Below the pieces are notes generated by a model. The model had not been told where the DNA came from and did no database searches. It saw nothing but the letters and a program-made list of their open reading frames with translations. The translations under genes and the position numbers were made by a program. Shown in pieces: positions 12,301-27,300 of a DNA stretch of 64,000 nucleotides (positions within the stretch are counted from its first letter, which is position 1; each line of letters starts with the position of its first letter). The stretch spans positions 15,855,432 to 15,919,431 of the forward strand of contig NC_092679.1 in assembly GCF_964355755.1 (NCBI RefSeq), read 5' to 3'. Origin of the DNA: Antedon mediterranea. Taxonomy: Eukaryota > Animalia > Echinodermata.

Positions 12301-15300
12301 GACGTCCAATCAAATGACGTCATGATTAGTAAGAACAATAATATCGTGACAAATACAACGATATTTTTTGTTTATTGATCATGACGTCATTTGATTGGAT
12401 TTAAAAAAAATATTATTTTCTTAAAGACAGCATAAATAAGTATTCTATAATTCTAGAACGAAAACCTTTCTAAATTATTTTGTTTTATATAAGAAAAATG
12501 CATACTTATCTATTTATCGTCGATCGTTATCGTCCTAGTGTAAATGGGCCTTAAGAGGGGTGTCCGAACGAAGATGTTCTATTATGATGTTATACCTGAT
12601 TCAAACATACAACACAAATGTAACAAAATTGTTATACGAGTATGTACCTGAATAATCTTACCGAGTTACAATACTTTCACACGCTAGTTTTTTAAGGTGT
12701 AATATAATCAGCGTAAAAGCACATCAGAAAGATATGCGCGTATAACACTGTGTAACATTACTGAGGCCTGTAAAGATTACTTCAATCCGACATTTGACAC
12801 AGATGTAACACAGAAACGCTTTCACACGTTCACACTAATGTAACAATTTGTTACAATATGTTACATTGTGAATGAGTTTATCATCTGTGAATCAGGTATT
12901 ACAACGCAATAAAGGATCTCGTTTATGATGACAACGAGTCTATCTTAAGGTGTTGTATGAAATCCTCAGGGATTACATTATCAATTAATGTTTAAAATTA
13001 ATGAGGCCTCTGAGCCGTGTCAGCATTATTAAAAGGCAAAACACGCAGTCATCATATTACAGAAAATTGCAGGAAACGAATTATAACAGATTACCTACCA
13101 TAAAATTGTTTTGACATTTGAGGGTCTAATATAATAACATAATTGATACCTATGTAATAAGGCAATAATTTTATAATAAACATCAACATTATTGACACTA
13201 CATACCTAAACATTGAATGTTTTTGCACCTAAGATAATGACATCATCACCTACATGATTTTGTTTGTCATCCTCTAAATTGTTGACATCATAGTCTAAAA
13301 TTGTCAACATCAGTTAGTTTTGAAAACATATAGTAGACCTGCTAAATACTATGAGGCCACTTATATCTTTAGCTTTGTACATTTTTACAGCCTTTTATTT
13401 GTGTCTTTTAATCTTTAAGCTTGGTTCCCACTAGAACGTAACGCAAGGACGTAAACGCAATGCAAGCGGGTTAACCAATGACAAGCGAAGTTATAGACAG
13501 TTAGCAATCACAAGCGAATAAGCCATCGCTTTTGATTGGTCAATTCACTTGCGTTGCGTTACGTCCTTGTGTTGCGTCGCTAGTGGGAACCACGCTTTAG
13601 GGATGTTTTGTGGCCTTAATTAGTACAGTAATTACTTGTCTATTTAGAACCAAATTTCATGTCTTAATTATTATTATTATTTATATCAATGCTATAAATA
13701 GAAAGTAAAAATAACCACAGATTTTAATGAGTATCGTTTAAAAAAATTGGGAGTTTTGGCGGATTCTATGTCCAGGAGATGTTCAATGAAAAGTTATAAG
13801 TTGTGGAAAGGCTTTTAATACTAAATTCTGTTCTCTTTTCAATATATAAAATCACTTTTCCTAAATTAATTTCGCAACTAGTTAAATATTGTTATTACTT
13901 CACAACCTAAAACATCAATAATAACCTAACAATTACAAACTATATAATCCTAGTACTGTTATCAAAATAATTATAACATTTCCAGACGTCCATATACACT
14001 AATTATTATATCAATAATAATGAAATGTTTGTCTGAAAATTGACAATAAACTCATATGGGAATGCACGATTTCCAAAACTGTTTATTTTTGTGATACAAT
14101 ACTTGGAACTAGTCTTCCCCAAACTATTGGTTTACACGCAAGTTTCAATTAGACAATTTATTAATAGAAACACCGTATCAAGTTTGTATGCCAAAGAAAC
14201 AAACTGTAATGTCAAATTTTAATATCTTTTTAAATTGTTTATTTTTGTCTTCTTGAAATACGTCAGATTTCAAAATGATATAATTATAATAAAATTAAAT
14301 TTAACAAACAGTTTTCTTTTGTAAGATATTATATTTAGAAAATGCTTTTGTATAACTGATGGACTTTACAGTGGTGACGTAAGCCGTTTCTTAAATAAAA
14401 ATTTTGCAATATTCCTGTTCTTGGATAGCTTTCGATTTTCGATGATCTGAGACCTAACGTTATGTTAATTCATTGTGAGCTCATAGGAATATGGGGATGT
14501 GCTTCCTTACTGAAATCCTCAATGAAGTTTTGGCGGATTCTATGTCAGGTGATGACCAAAGGCACAATATGTGTACAGTAGGTTCTACTAGATTGTTGCC
14601 AATTGAAACCTCCTTCTTATGTTAGCCTGGGAAAGTAATATCGACACGAATATTCTTTGACTAAAGCTCTGTTTACACTATCAAACTTTATGTGACATAA
14701 TAGGGAGATATGTAGTGATTTACTATCCAAAATTTCTACAAAAGTACCTATATACTCTAGTTTCGGAGATGAAAGAGGAATGGGTTGGTAATAGAGGAGT
14801 TGTGGTGTGCTCGATGTAAAAGTTTAAAAAAATTATTTTGATCTGTGTAGTGCGAGTTGGTTAAAAACATAAAAATAGTCAAAATTATAATTTTTCATGC
14901 CACACTAAATTGGCACCATTTAAATTTGTAATTAATTTCATGCAAATTTACATTGAAATGCTCTGAGCAAAGCATGCGCTTTCTTGGCTATTTTCAAGCC
15001 TAATTATGTATTGAGTAATTTTTCTCTAGTGTTTTCCCAAAACAATAAGTTCAGGACACTATCTCTCCAGTGGGAATCATATATGGGATGAGGTTAACCA
15101 GCAGAACTTATAAATAAATTAATTAAAAATATAAAATATTGTGAAAATAATTAAAGCTCTATCAAACTAGCACTAGTATCAAAAAAGTGTGATGTGCCCA
15201 AATATGATAGTAATATACCCAAATATGGTAGTGATATGACATCATCATGTCCATATATGGGCACATCACATTTTTTTTCACATAAAGTTTGATAGTGTAG

Positions 15301-18300
15301 ACAGAGCTTAAGACTGATGGTACTCATACAATTATAACACAATACAACCAATAAGGGCTAAACACCACAGGATGGTCATATTTCATAGAGGTATGAAAAT
15401 AACTATGACTATTCTATTTTGGAAAAGGAAATTAGAATGAGTAATATTACTAATAATAGGTAATTAGATTAAGTACTATTATTTTTTCAAAGACATAATC
15501 CATGGAATTAATAAATAGCTTTCAAAGTTTAATTTTCAAACTGTCTGATGTGACTGTGGGAAAAATGTAAGTTTGTCAGTAATGTTGTTTAGAAGTATTA
15601 CAGATATTTTCTCCCTGAGAAAATGTTGTTTACATTATTTTGTTGAATATGCCATTTTATCACAAATGGTTATTCATTTTGACCAAAAAATGGATCAAGA
15701 AAAACAAATTATTTACCTGAAAAAACTGTAATTTAAAGCAAAAAAATAGTCAAATTGGCTGCCTATTATTTGTCTAACATTAAAACAATAATAATTATTT
15801 GTTTTATTATTTGTAATAATTAAACACACATGCTAGACCTGGGGGACAAAATCATCTTTTTTAGATGGGATGTCCCCATCAGCAGTGATGGGGACAGGTA
15901 TATTATATTATATTAGAAAAGTAGAATAATGACAACAATGTGTTTGGAATTTCTTGTTTCTAGTTGGAATAATAAATCAGTTGTTAAAAAAATGTTAGTG
16001 AAAGTAAATTAAAATCAAAATTAAAGAAAAGTTAATAAATGAAATATAAAAAAAAAAAAAACAAACAAAATTAGTAGTAATACAAATTAATAATATGTAT
16101 TGATTAAACAAAATATGAAATGATCAAAAAAAATTTTAAAATAGTAAGTTTAGTAGACACCAAAAATAATATTGAAGTAAACCATGTACAGGTATGCATA
16201 AATATTGGGGTAAAACAACAGTTATCATAAGTTTACTTTTACCTCAAAAATAATAAATGAATGAAAATCTTTCAGAACAAAATTAAATAGATAAAGATTA
16301 ATTAGTAAGTACAATGAGAATGAAAAGCTCTGAAACTCTGAGTGTCTTTTTTTTAAATAAAAAATTCTACTTATTCTTATTGAAAGAATTTTATTTCTTG
16401 CAAATTAAAGGTTTGATTGCATAGAGTACTGGTCGAATTGATTAAAAATTCTGAACCCCCAACGACCTCGTTTTTAAAACGCGGGATAAATGTGAAACTG
16501 TCTGTTTAATTGTGGCTAATTGCAAAGATTACAATCTGTTATCTTGTTGTATTCAATGTGATACTGTTAATAGTTTTATAATTAAATTAACAACAATTTG
16601 TTGACACTGCCTACACAGCTACCTGACCTCAATATCTCCATCCTCCATGGCTTGTTGCATTTTTAGTGAAAGGGTAACATTGCCAGGAAATCCTGTGATG
16701 TTCGACCCAATATGTCAGAAAGGCAACATGATGTATGTATAAAGCTCTGTCTACACTATCAAACTTTATGTGACAAAAACATGTGATGTGATGTGGACAT
16801 GATGATGTCATATCACTACTATATTTGGGCACATCACATTTTTCATTTGTCAAACTAGTTTGATAGTGTAGAAAGAGCTTTACACAGGTGAGTAATCGCA
16901 TGGAAAAAAAAAATTAATATTTATTTTTCCTTTATCTTTTAGCTTACATAAAGGTGGGTCACTTTAAAATAATCAGACATTGCCAGGATATCATATACTG
17001 TTTACCCAATTTTGTCAGACAGGGAAAACTAGGTTTTTAAACAAAATATGGCTGAAGTGATTACCCAATTTGTCAGATGGATTGAAAGTAGATGTTGAAT
17101 TTCATTTTAATGAAAAGTTCAGACATTTTCAGGAAATCCTGTGATGTTCTACCTAATTTGTTAGACAGGTTAAAACTATGAGTTTTAGACAATAAATTAG
17201 AAATTTATTTGAAAGTTCAGAAATTTCCAGGAAATCATGTGATATTTTACCCAATACAACAGGAGATTGGATAACATGAGGTGTTGATAGTGTACATGCA
17301 ATGTGCAAGCCATGCTTTTTTAAAATAGCATTTCACAAGTAAAGACTACTGAATGAAGGAAAAATATAGCAGGTTTTGCTAGCAGTTTTATTTTAAATGA
17401 CAGCATATTTGCATTTTTACTTTGATATAAAAACTGATTTTCAGAGCTTTTCATTTGTGCAGTGCAATGACGGGTTAATTACCAATGCAGGTGAGAATGC
17501 AACAAGCGTTTGGCGGAATTGAAATGAGCATGTGCGGATTGGTGGTCGGGGGGGTTGAGGTGAACATGAGTTAGTGGAGCAAAATGAGGACCCTTCACTT
17601 TCTGGTTCTACCTCGCTGTCCAGTTCATTGGTGCTTAGCAGCTTCCGTAGATCCTCTTGTAGCGATGAAGCCGGTTTGGTAGGTTTTGTAACGCCCGGTC
17701 TGAGGCGACTGGACAGTGACTCATTTGACGATTGCTTGGGATCAAGAATTTTCCTGTATAGAAACAAAAATAAATAATTAAGGTTAATTATTGTATAACA
17801 GAGATTTTATTACAATATGATTTAACACAGCAATCAACCCTATTCAGTTGACCTGCGTATTAAGTGGACACTTTTTTTTATTCCCGAAGGTGTCCCATTA
17901 ATAGGGTTTCCACTGTATATAAACTATCCTAATAATTAAATACAGGTAACTCTCCCAATATCGGACACCTTTGAGCTGGTCTATTATATCCTGTTTTTAA
18001 TGGTAAACAATGAATTTGGGACATTTTGGAACTCGAGAAAAGCCTTGTTTTGGGAGAGTTTCCGGTTTCTAGAGAGTCCAGTATTGGGAGAGTTACCTGT
18101 ATACTTTAAATTCCTCGGTACATACAAATATTTATATATGAAACTTTAAAGCACAACTGTCATCACCTGCTTCCAATTAAACTCATTAAATGAAAAACGT
18201 CAGCTGTCTTTTTATGTTTAGTTAATTAGTTCTGATAAATCTAAGGCGCACATGGCAAGATGACAAAGCAATAAATGATCAAAAAATGATCAAAAAATGA

Positions 18301-21300
18301 TCCAAAAATGATGTTTAGAATTTCAGGTTTCAGGAAAAAGAAAGATTATTTATAAACAATTTATTCTGTATTAAGATTAGTACTAAATTAGGAAATAATA
18401 ATACAAGAATATTAAGAACACATAATAAACTATTAATAAGAACAATAACAAAATAAGAATAAAAACCAATTGAAAGAATCACAATAATAACAATAAAAGC
18501 AGAAACAACAATGACAAAAAAATAACATAATTGAAAAAATCACAATAAAACTAACAAGAACAATACTAAAAGAATAACAATAATTGAAAACATTACAATA
18601 ATGAAAATAACTATTAATAAGAACAATAACAAAAAAATTAAACAAATTGAAAGAATCACAATAATAACAATCAAACCAGGAACAACAATGACAAAAAAAT
18701 AACATAATGGAAAAAATCACAGTAAAACTAAGAACAATAACAAAAGAATAACAATAATTTAAAACATCACAATAATGAAAATAAAACTATTAATAAGATC
18801 AATAACAAAAGAGTAATAACAACAAACAACAATAAGACAAAGAATAATAATAAAATAAACATAATGGTTCCGAAACGTCGATCTTCTTGTTTTTTGTCAT
18901 TAAATGTTATTGTAAAGTTATAAAGTAAGCGTCTTTAATATGTAAAGAATGTTAACAATAATAACATGATTACCAAAAAGTACAATGAAACATAAAAAAT
19001 CAGGTCATTCACATGTGACATTAAAAATTCGGAAACGTTAATTTTGTCTACAAAATCCTACTTTGAAAAGTTTGAAAACAGTGTTTCTAATTCATAATTA
19101 TCACATTGCGTGTGTTCTAGTTCTTTGTGTAATTTCTATTTTAAAAGGTAAGGTAGATCCTGAAGATAAAGTGTTGTACAGTTTTGTTGTGTTGTACAGT
19201 CAAAGGTCAACCAAAGATCAACAATAATTGACCTAATGATGTTCTTCAACTCTTTTGTTGTACATGGTGAAAGTGTTTTTAAAAAGGGGTCTACTGTACT
19301 TTGTATACAATTAAATTAATCTTATCTGTGTACCTTCTAGCCTGCCTTGGACTGTTAGCATCACTTAGGCTGCTGTTTGATGAATAGTTGGCGCCATTTC
19401 CTCTAACACGCTGCGAGCTGTACTCCCTTGCTCCACGCATCGGGCTGCCTCTGCTTTCTGGGCTGCGTGGGCGTACCCTACGAGGCATTGCAGGGCTTCT
19501 GTTAGGAGACTGATTTCCTTGCCGACGCGGGCGAAGACTGCCGCCAAGTTCGCGATGTCCTGATCCGCTTGATTGAGTTGAATGATCGCTAAGGTTTGAG
19601 TTACTAGGGATGTGTATACCATCATACGTGTTTGATCGAGGAATATCAAAAGTAAATTCCTGTCCAGTTCTTTGATATGATGGACTTTGACTTGGACTAT
19701 ACCTTTCCGGTGGTCCATAAGTCATTTGATCAAGGTACTCTCCGTGAAATCCTTGAGGATCTGGTAAAATTGGTGGACCACTGCCGTAGCCTTGATCAAC
19801 TAGGCTATCTTTAGAAACAGTCATAGTACTATCCTGATATCCCGAATCGGCATGGTAACCATCTTCAATAGTATCGTCAGTTGTATCATACCATTTTTCC
19901 TCATTTACATTTGATGAAAAGGGGTCTCTACTTGAATGTTTTGGATTTCCCTGAAAATAAAGATAAGATAGTTGGTTGAGACCAACTTCTGGGGGAACGA
20001 AAGTACTGTTCTTTAAAAATTATATTTTTCAGGCACATGTGGCCAAGGATTATCCTATAGTAAATTAATCACTGTCCTATCAGATAGGTGGTAATTCTTC
20101 TGATACAGGGGATATTTTGTGAACCAGTTCACCAGATAACTCATACCGTTTTGAATGATGAACTTGGTTCTTTAAATTAGACAGGTTTCAACTATTTAAA
20201 TTGAACCTATGGTTTATAGTCCTTATCCAAGAAGACGTGTTCCACCACCCGAACTAGGAGTGAGTAAGCCTCAAACCCATGCCAGTATTGTTGGCTTTTT
20301 AGGTACAGTAAATGCCCTGCCTTAACCGCTCCATCATTTGACTCGCCGTTTTAAAACGTTCAATAGAACCACAACTATTAGTACAGTACAATACATTTCT
20401 ATTAACATATACTTAGACAAATAATCTGCCATCTTCCTACCTGCACAGCTGTATTTCCCATTCTGTATTTCTTGGTATTGCTGTACGGTGATTCACCTCT
20501 ACTCTGATTAAAATTTGTTGGTGTTATTGCTGAAATTTAAGACAAATAAAAATAATGGAACATCCCACGTGCATTCTAAATAAATAAAAAAACTAGGAAA
20601 AAAAATACTAAATGTACCCATGTTCAAAGAGAGGCAGACATAGACATGTAGTGGTACAATCAAATTCTACCCTACCATATTACTGCCGATGTCATGGATA
20701 TATTGTGCTGAGAGGAGGTGGGTGGAGACACCCACATTCAAAGTCTTACACACATCCTAAAGCTTATTTTAAGGCATTGCACCCATTCTAATTTGAACAC
20801 AGTTCCCACACAATAAAACCAATACATTTTTTCCCACCCACTCTTTTTAACACCAGCCCCTAGACATCTCTATCTATATCCCTAAGATATCATAATTTGA
20901 AATATAATTTTTCTAAATTTTGTATTGTATATACAAATTATTTGTTATAACTTTTAAATATTCTCTGTACTTTATTCTCCTGTATTTTAAATTGCAGTGT
21001 ACAAACAAAGATTTTCTGATTTTTATTTTCATATGAATTAGACCAATAATAAAAGATGAGATGATAACAAATATTTAGTAAAAAGCCAGTGTTCGGTAGT
21101 ACCTGGTACAAATTCAACACAATCTTTTGAAAAATAAAATGCCAATATCATTATATACAGTCTTTCTAAACTAACCTTCCATCTCCGATTCATCTTTTGA
21201 TGACCTATGCCGATGATTTACCGCATCTGATTGTCTATATTGTTTGTTATTATTTGTTTCTGTTTGTCTGTAAGACCTGTTGGACTCCCTACTCCCACGA

Positions 21301-24300
21301 TGCTCCATTAGGTTCCGATTCACTTCCTCTCTTGACATCCTCTCCAGACTACCAAGCCCAGAGCTGTCGGACCCCTGCTGGTTACGCTGCAACTCTATCG
21401 AGACTTGCCGGAGATGCTTTGCTTCAATATCGTCGATAGCAAGACCTGTTCGAGCGTTGTCCAACTGCTCGTAGTCACTAGATGTAATCTTGGGTGGTGG
21501 CGGTTGTTGGTCGTTTGGTTGGATTGATTGGTTGTCGGTTGGCCGTGACCACTGTGGGGTGCTACGTGGAGCACCGTTTGAAAGAACGACTGGAGTAGTT
21601 GGTGTCCTGCCATGCCTTCCATAATCTACAAAATGATAAATATAGTAACAGTTAAACAATAAAATAATTTAAATACAAGGCCAACAGCGATTAAGTCGCG
21701 TGCTACAATGCATAGTGATACCGGACTGACAGACAGACCGACCGACAGACCGACATAGTGAACTATAGAGTCGCTTCCATGCGACTAAAAATGTTTTAAT
21801 TGAGATAAAATGGCTAAGTGGTTACAACTAATTATAGGTCCTCCATTAAATTTATAGTTCTTCTGGTAGAAAAAACAAATTGGGGAGCATTTGATTTCCA
21901 AAGACTGACAACCTAACTAGGTCAGATCGTCGGCCGTCACCTGGACATAGAAACCATCAAAACTGTGTGGGGAGCAAGGACATACCTTTCTAATATTATT
22001 AACGAATTACCATACAAATCGAAAGCTCTCTAATATGAATGAAGTGTATATTTTTCTGTGTGAACTTTAGAAAAGATTTTAATTTTAAAAGTTGCTACAG
22101 AACATGTCTAGTTAATTTTGTCTCTACAGAATAATAATAATAATAAGATTTATAGAGCGTACATATCCACAAAGTGCTCAAGGCGCTTGTGAAAACCATG
22201 AAAAATGGCGCACGATTTACCCAAACAATACTATCAATCATTATTCTCAAATTATATATCATATCATTTATCATATTAAAAAACCATACCTTTATCTTTG
22301 TTTCTAATGCCAGTACCAGCAGAATGCGATCGTAGTTTGCTCGAGTCTCTGCGGTTTATAGTTCTTCCAGTCCTAATAGCACCCTCAGTTGGCACATAAT
22401 CCGACGAGATCAGGCCTCTGAAATATGAAGATGGTACTGATGGTTATTTCAGATTTCTAATAGGGATTCTTTTTAGAGCAAAAGGCAAATTATTTTAAAA
22501 TGACAATGATGTGGGTATCAGTGGCATAACACTAAAACATGCATGGATTCATTTTAGGGTGAGTTGTGTATTTAATAAAAAAACAATTCAGGCTGTTTTG
22601 AAAAAAAATTGACAAGGTTAAAATTGTATATACTGTAAATATGTCTTGTTTAAATCCGCAAACATTGAAAATTGTGGGTACATTTGAATATTAAAATTCT
22701 TAATTCCACTCCAAGCAAAATCAAGAATTCACATGAAAATAAATGAATTGATAATTATATATATATGTTGTTAATGTGTAAATTATGTATTTTATTTTTA
22801 AGGTTAATAACTAAATAATAAAATTTGCCTTGATAAAGGTTAAGTATTAAATCTGAAAGCTCGGCATTCCTTTTCTAGCTGTTTTACTTTATCATTTTAT
22901 TTTAGCTTTTTGCTTATTTTATTTGTATCTCCATTGAGATCCAGCCAGTGATACCCACAAAATAGTCATTTTTGATGATGATACCTATAACTGAGTGTAA
23001 TTTGGTTGGCCATAAAGAACAGCTTTTTTTAAAACTAATAAGGCTACACTGTAGTTGAAATAGAACTATTAGAGTAATAATAGAAATATTATTTCTATGA
23101 TTGCAAATTAATTACTTTTCTATCTTTAAATCAATGTGTACAAAATATAAATTATGAAGTTTGGGTTCTTAATAATACAGGAAATAGTAAAGTGACAAAT
23201 ATAATTGATGATGATTGAGAGAACAACGTAGAACTGAAGTGAGTAATATAAATGATTGATAAGAAGGGAGTATGCAGTACAAGAAGTTGATGGTTACGAG
23301 CGTATTAAATATATCTGAATAAGTTGCTGATGGACAAAGGCACAGGATTGATTGTATAGCTGCGTAGGTAGCTATTATAATTCAGCTATCATTATATGAT
23401 AATATATCTACGGATAGACCTACTAGCTATAACTTAAAGTAGCATACATCTATGAATAGGGCTATAAACAACAATTAAATAGCATACAGCTACAAATAGG
23501 GCTATAAGTATAAATAAATAGTATAGCTAAACTATCGGCTATAACAAAAAAAGCTGTCAGCATATAGCCTACAATATAACTACAATCATATCTACGGATA
23601 GTGCTATAGGCTATAACTTAAAGTAGCATATATCTATGAATAGGGCTATTATCAGCAATATTTAAATAGCATACAGCTACAAATAGGGCTATCAGCCAGC
23701 TATAACTAAATAGTGTAGCTAAACCAGAGCTATCGGCTATAGCATATAAAGCTATCAGCATATAGCCTACAATATAACTACAATCTATGAATAGGACTAT
23801 CAGCAATAATTGAATAGCATATAGCTACAAATAGGGCAGCTATAACTAAAATACAACTACAATCAAATGTATAGGTAGCTATATCATTTCAGCTAAGAAA
23901 AAAAACCCAATTTGATATCAACGTTAACCTACTGTACATAGTGTTATTACTGCACAATCAACTTTGGTAGCTAGTGTAACTACTATCCATTTCAACTTAT
24001 GTTTTAGGCAGGCCCAATAAACACCATTTTACCAAGGAGGTACATTACATTTTTATAACTCCCTAGTTTTACATAAAATATGAATGCCATTCAAACACAA
24101 ACTATCTAATAAACACTTTAACAGACCAAGTAGGTCAGTTATGTGGAAGAAATTGATAAAGACATGTGGACAACAACACGCAACTGATAATAATTAAAAG
24201 TGGCAACGTTGATAGGCGTAAGCACGCAAGATGAGTGATTTAGATAACAAACGAAGGAATGTACAAGTAAATGAGTGATAGCTGATCAAAGGAGATAATT

Positions 24301-27300
24301 AGTTAGAGGACACATTAGAAAATTGTATACAAATATTAATTTGTTATAGTGCAATAGACAGAATATTTTCATGAGTTGTCAGTTGGTCTGGTCTATTCAA
24401 CACAGGGGTGTAAAATTTTAAAACTATTTCATCTTGAAAAAATTGTTGAATGCTAAATATGGCACTCGGAAATTCTGTAGTAGAGCTGTTTAATATACGG
24501 CTGACTCTACAGGTTGGATTTTGATCAAAAAATGGACGGGAAAAAAATGTGTTTACCTGAAAAATCGATAATTGAAAGCAAAAAATATTCAAATTGGCTG
24601 CCAGCCAATGATTTTTGGTTGATTTATCCCTTTTTTGTTACATTTGATTAACGTTATTAAAACTACAAAATAACCAAAAGTCTGATCTAATTTATCTTTA
24701 TTTTTCTGGTTTTTTGGGGACAATACATCTTTTAAAGTTATTATTATGTGTGAGTATATGTTGAAATGGGTATATAGTACTAGAAGTTGAAAGTGGCAGA
24801 AGGTGTTTTAAAGATTTAAAATGAAAATTGGCATATATAATGAAACGTTGAAAAGGAAATGAAGAATGAGACTTATAAATCAATTAAGTCTAAGGCGAGG
24901 TTAGGTTCTTTGAAGTCCATCAGCCAATTAATATAGTTATCAAGCTGATATAACCTTTAACCTTATTTCCAAATATGGAATATAACTTGCAAGATTCATC
25001 TCAAAATTGTGTGCATGGTTTTTTTGTTTTGTAGATTTATTTATTTATTCAACTTTGTTTTACAGTCCATTACCTAATTAATAATAATAGAGTTTTCAAG
25101 ATGATATAACCTTTAACCTTATTTCCAAATATGGAATATAACTTGCAAGATTCATCTCAAAATTGTGTGCATGGTTTTTTGTTTTGTGGATTTATTTATT
25201 TATTCAACTTTGTTTTTAAAAGGGCAGCTTTAATAGCTGTATTACAGCAATATAGCTGACTTAAAGAGGCCCTCATGTGGATACGAGTCTAAATGTTACT
25301 GTTAAATTTACATCGGACAAACAGACAGACTACGTACTTTCTCGGGCTTCCATCTTCATGCGCAGGAATAACAACCACCTTTACAGTTGCGGATGTCCTC
25401 AACAGGTCAATCATTTGATCATGGGTCAGGGTGCACACTGCAACTTTACATATCTGCAATTAAAACAACAATTATCAGACAAATTAATATTCATAATTTT
25501 TCTTTAATATTATAGTGTATTTACCAGGTTACTTGTAACATACGTGTATCCTGATAACGTGAACATATTACACTTTTTTTGAAGCTCTGTCTACACTATC
25601 AAACTTAATGTGACAAAAAAATGTGATGTGCCTATGATATATGGACATGATGTCATATCACTAGCATATTTCGGCATATCATCACCATATTTGGGAACAT
25701 CACACTAGTCTGATTGTGTAGACAGAGCTTAAGATTAAAATTCATATAAAATTGTCAGGATTAGTAGGTCGTAAATGTTGTCAAATAATCGTGGAAGAAG
25801 ACCAGAATAAAGTAAGTTTCTGATTTATTTTCAAATTTATTTGTTCTAAAATTACTGACACTTGTGTGAATACTGGACAAACCTAATTTGGTATTATCTT
25901 AAGCTTTGTCTACACTATCAAACTTTAAGGTGACGTGCCCATACATGGACACGATGATGTCATATTACTACCATATTTGGGCACATCACACTATTTTTGT
26001 TTGATAGCGTAGACAGAGTTTTATGCACAAAGAACATGAACATTTGTCTAACCCAGACAGTCATACAAAGATTGTACCTTTATCCCATTCGTATGTGTTA
26101 TTAGTAATAGCTTGCATTTAATATAGTAACTGCTTGCTATAAAATGCTAGCTAATTGACTTCAGCTATATACTTGAATTGTTTAAGTTACTGAATCATGT
26201 TTCTCTCGTCACTTGCCAATGTGATGGCGTGCAGTATTGAATTATGATTCAATTAGATTATGGAGGTCATTTACCTCAACAAGTCGGCAGCTCTTCCTGA
26301 GACCGGCCGTCCACGCAAAGCCGTACTGGTCCACCTCTGCTACAACCCCTTGAAAATGAACGTGGAAGCCTAACTGGCCTAGACCATTCCGTCTTAATGT
26401 TACTTCATTAGTCTGCAAAATAATAACATCACATATTTTAGAATCATTTAAATTTCTTTATTTCTGTTTTTTTTATATCTAGTTTAAATTATAAATAATA
26501 CCTCACAGACTCATCAATCTACAGTAGAACCTCTCTCTAGGAGGACATTTGACCATGAAATGGACACGGGAAATGTATGTAACACTACGGCCAACCTCTA
26601 GGCAGCAGACACCTCTAAGTAGCACACACCTCTATTCAAGGGACAGCCCTATTAAGGGAACATATTGCTGTTCCCAAATAGGGAATAACTGCTACTAGAC
26701 AATGGATATAAAATCTTGATTTGATTATTTTACATACCAGTATTAATTGTAAGGCTGCATATTTTCTAAGGTTCAATTAAAAAACCCTAAATTTTTAGTT
26801 TAAATCAATGTTTTCTGTGACTGACCTCATGACCTTTAGAGACCATCATAAGTCTTTTAACGACTTCCTTGATCCCATCACCACCTTCGACAAGATGGAG
26901 TACTACACAGTCGCCATCGTTGAAGTACACTTTCAAACTGAAATAACATAAAAAGAGTAAACAGTGTAGCTTGGTGGTACTTTACTTGCTAATCCCAGGA
27001 CCTAGGTTCAAATCCTGTCATTGGTCTAGTAGTGAAGCTCTGTCTAAACTATCAAACTAGTTTGTGATGTGCCCAAATATGGTAGTGATATGACATCATC
27101 ATGTCCATATATGGGCACATCACCTTTTTTGTCACATAAAGTTTGGTAGTGTAGACAAAGCTTACAATTTTTTCATAGTAAAAAAAATGTCAGATGAAGA
27201 CTTTGTACAGAAAAACGCATTTATTTGTCCTCTAATTTGCAGATTATATTTGCAGGCCCGTATAAGTAATAAATCTAAATATATTGGTCTTATATCAAAA

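Noticed and set aside
18433-18720. 95-aa Cys/Phe-rich ORF on the gene strand
   Set aside because: Translation of an A-rich degenerate repeat; not needed for exon phase continuity.
19365-21622. Overlapping alternative-frame and antisense ORFs (19365-19718, 21197-21439, 21280-21474, 21395-21622)
   Set aside because: Shadows of GC-richer SIPA1L exons with no independent motifs.
26961-27030. tRNA-like segment with GGTTCAAATCC; similar ones at about 43890-43950 and 61165-61225
   Set aside because: No complete cloverleaf could be built; most likely decayed SINE heads.
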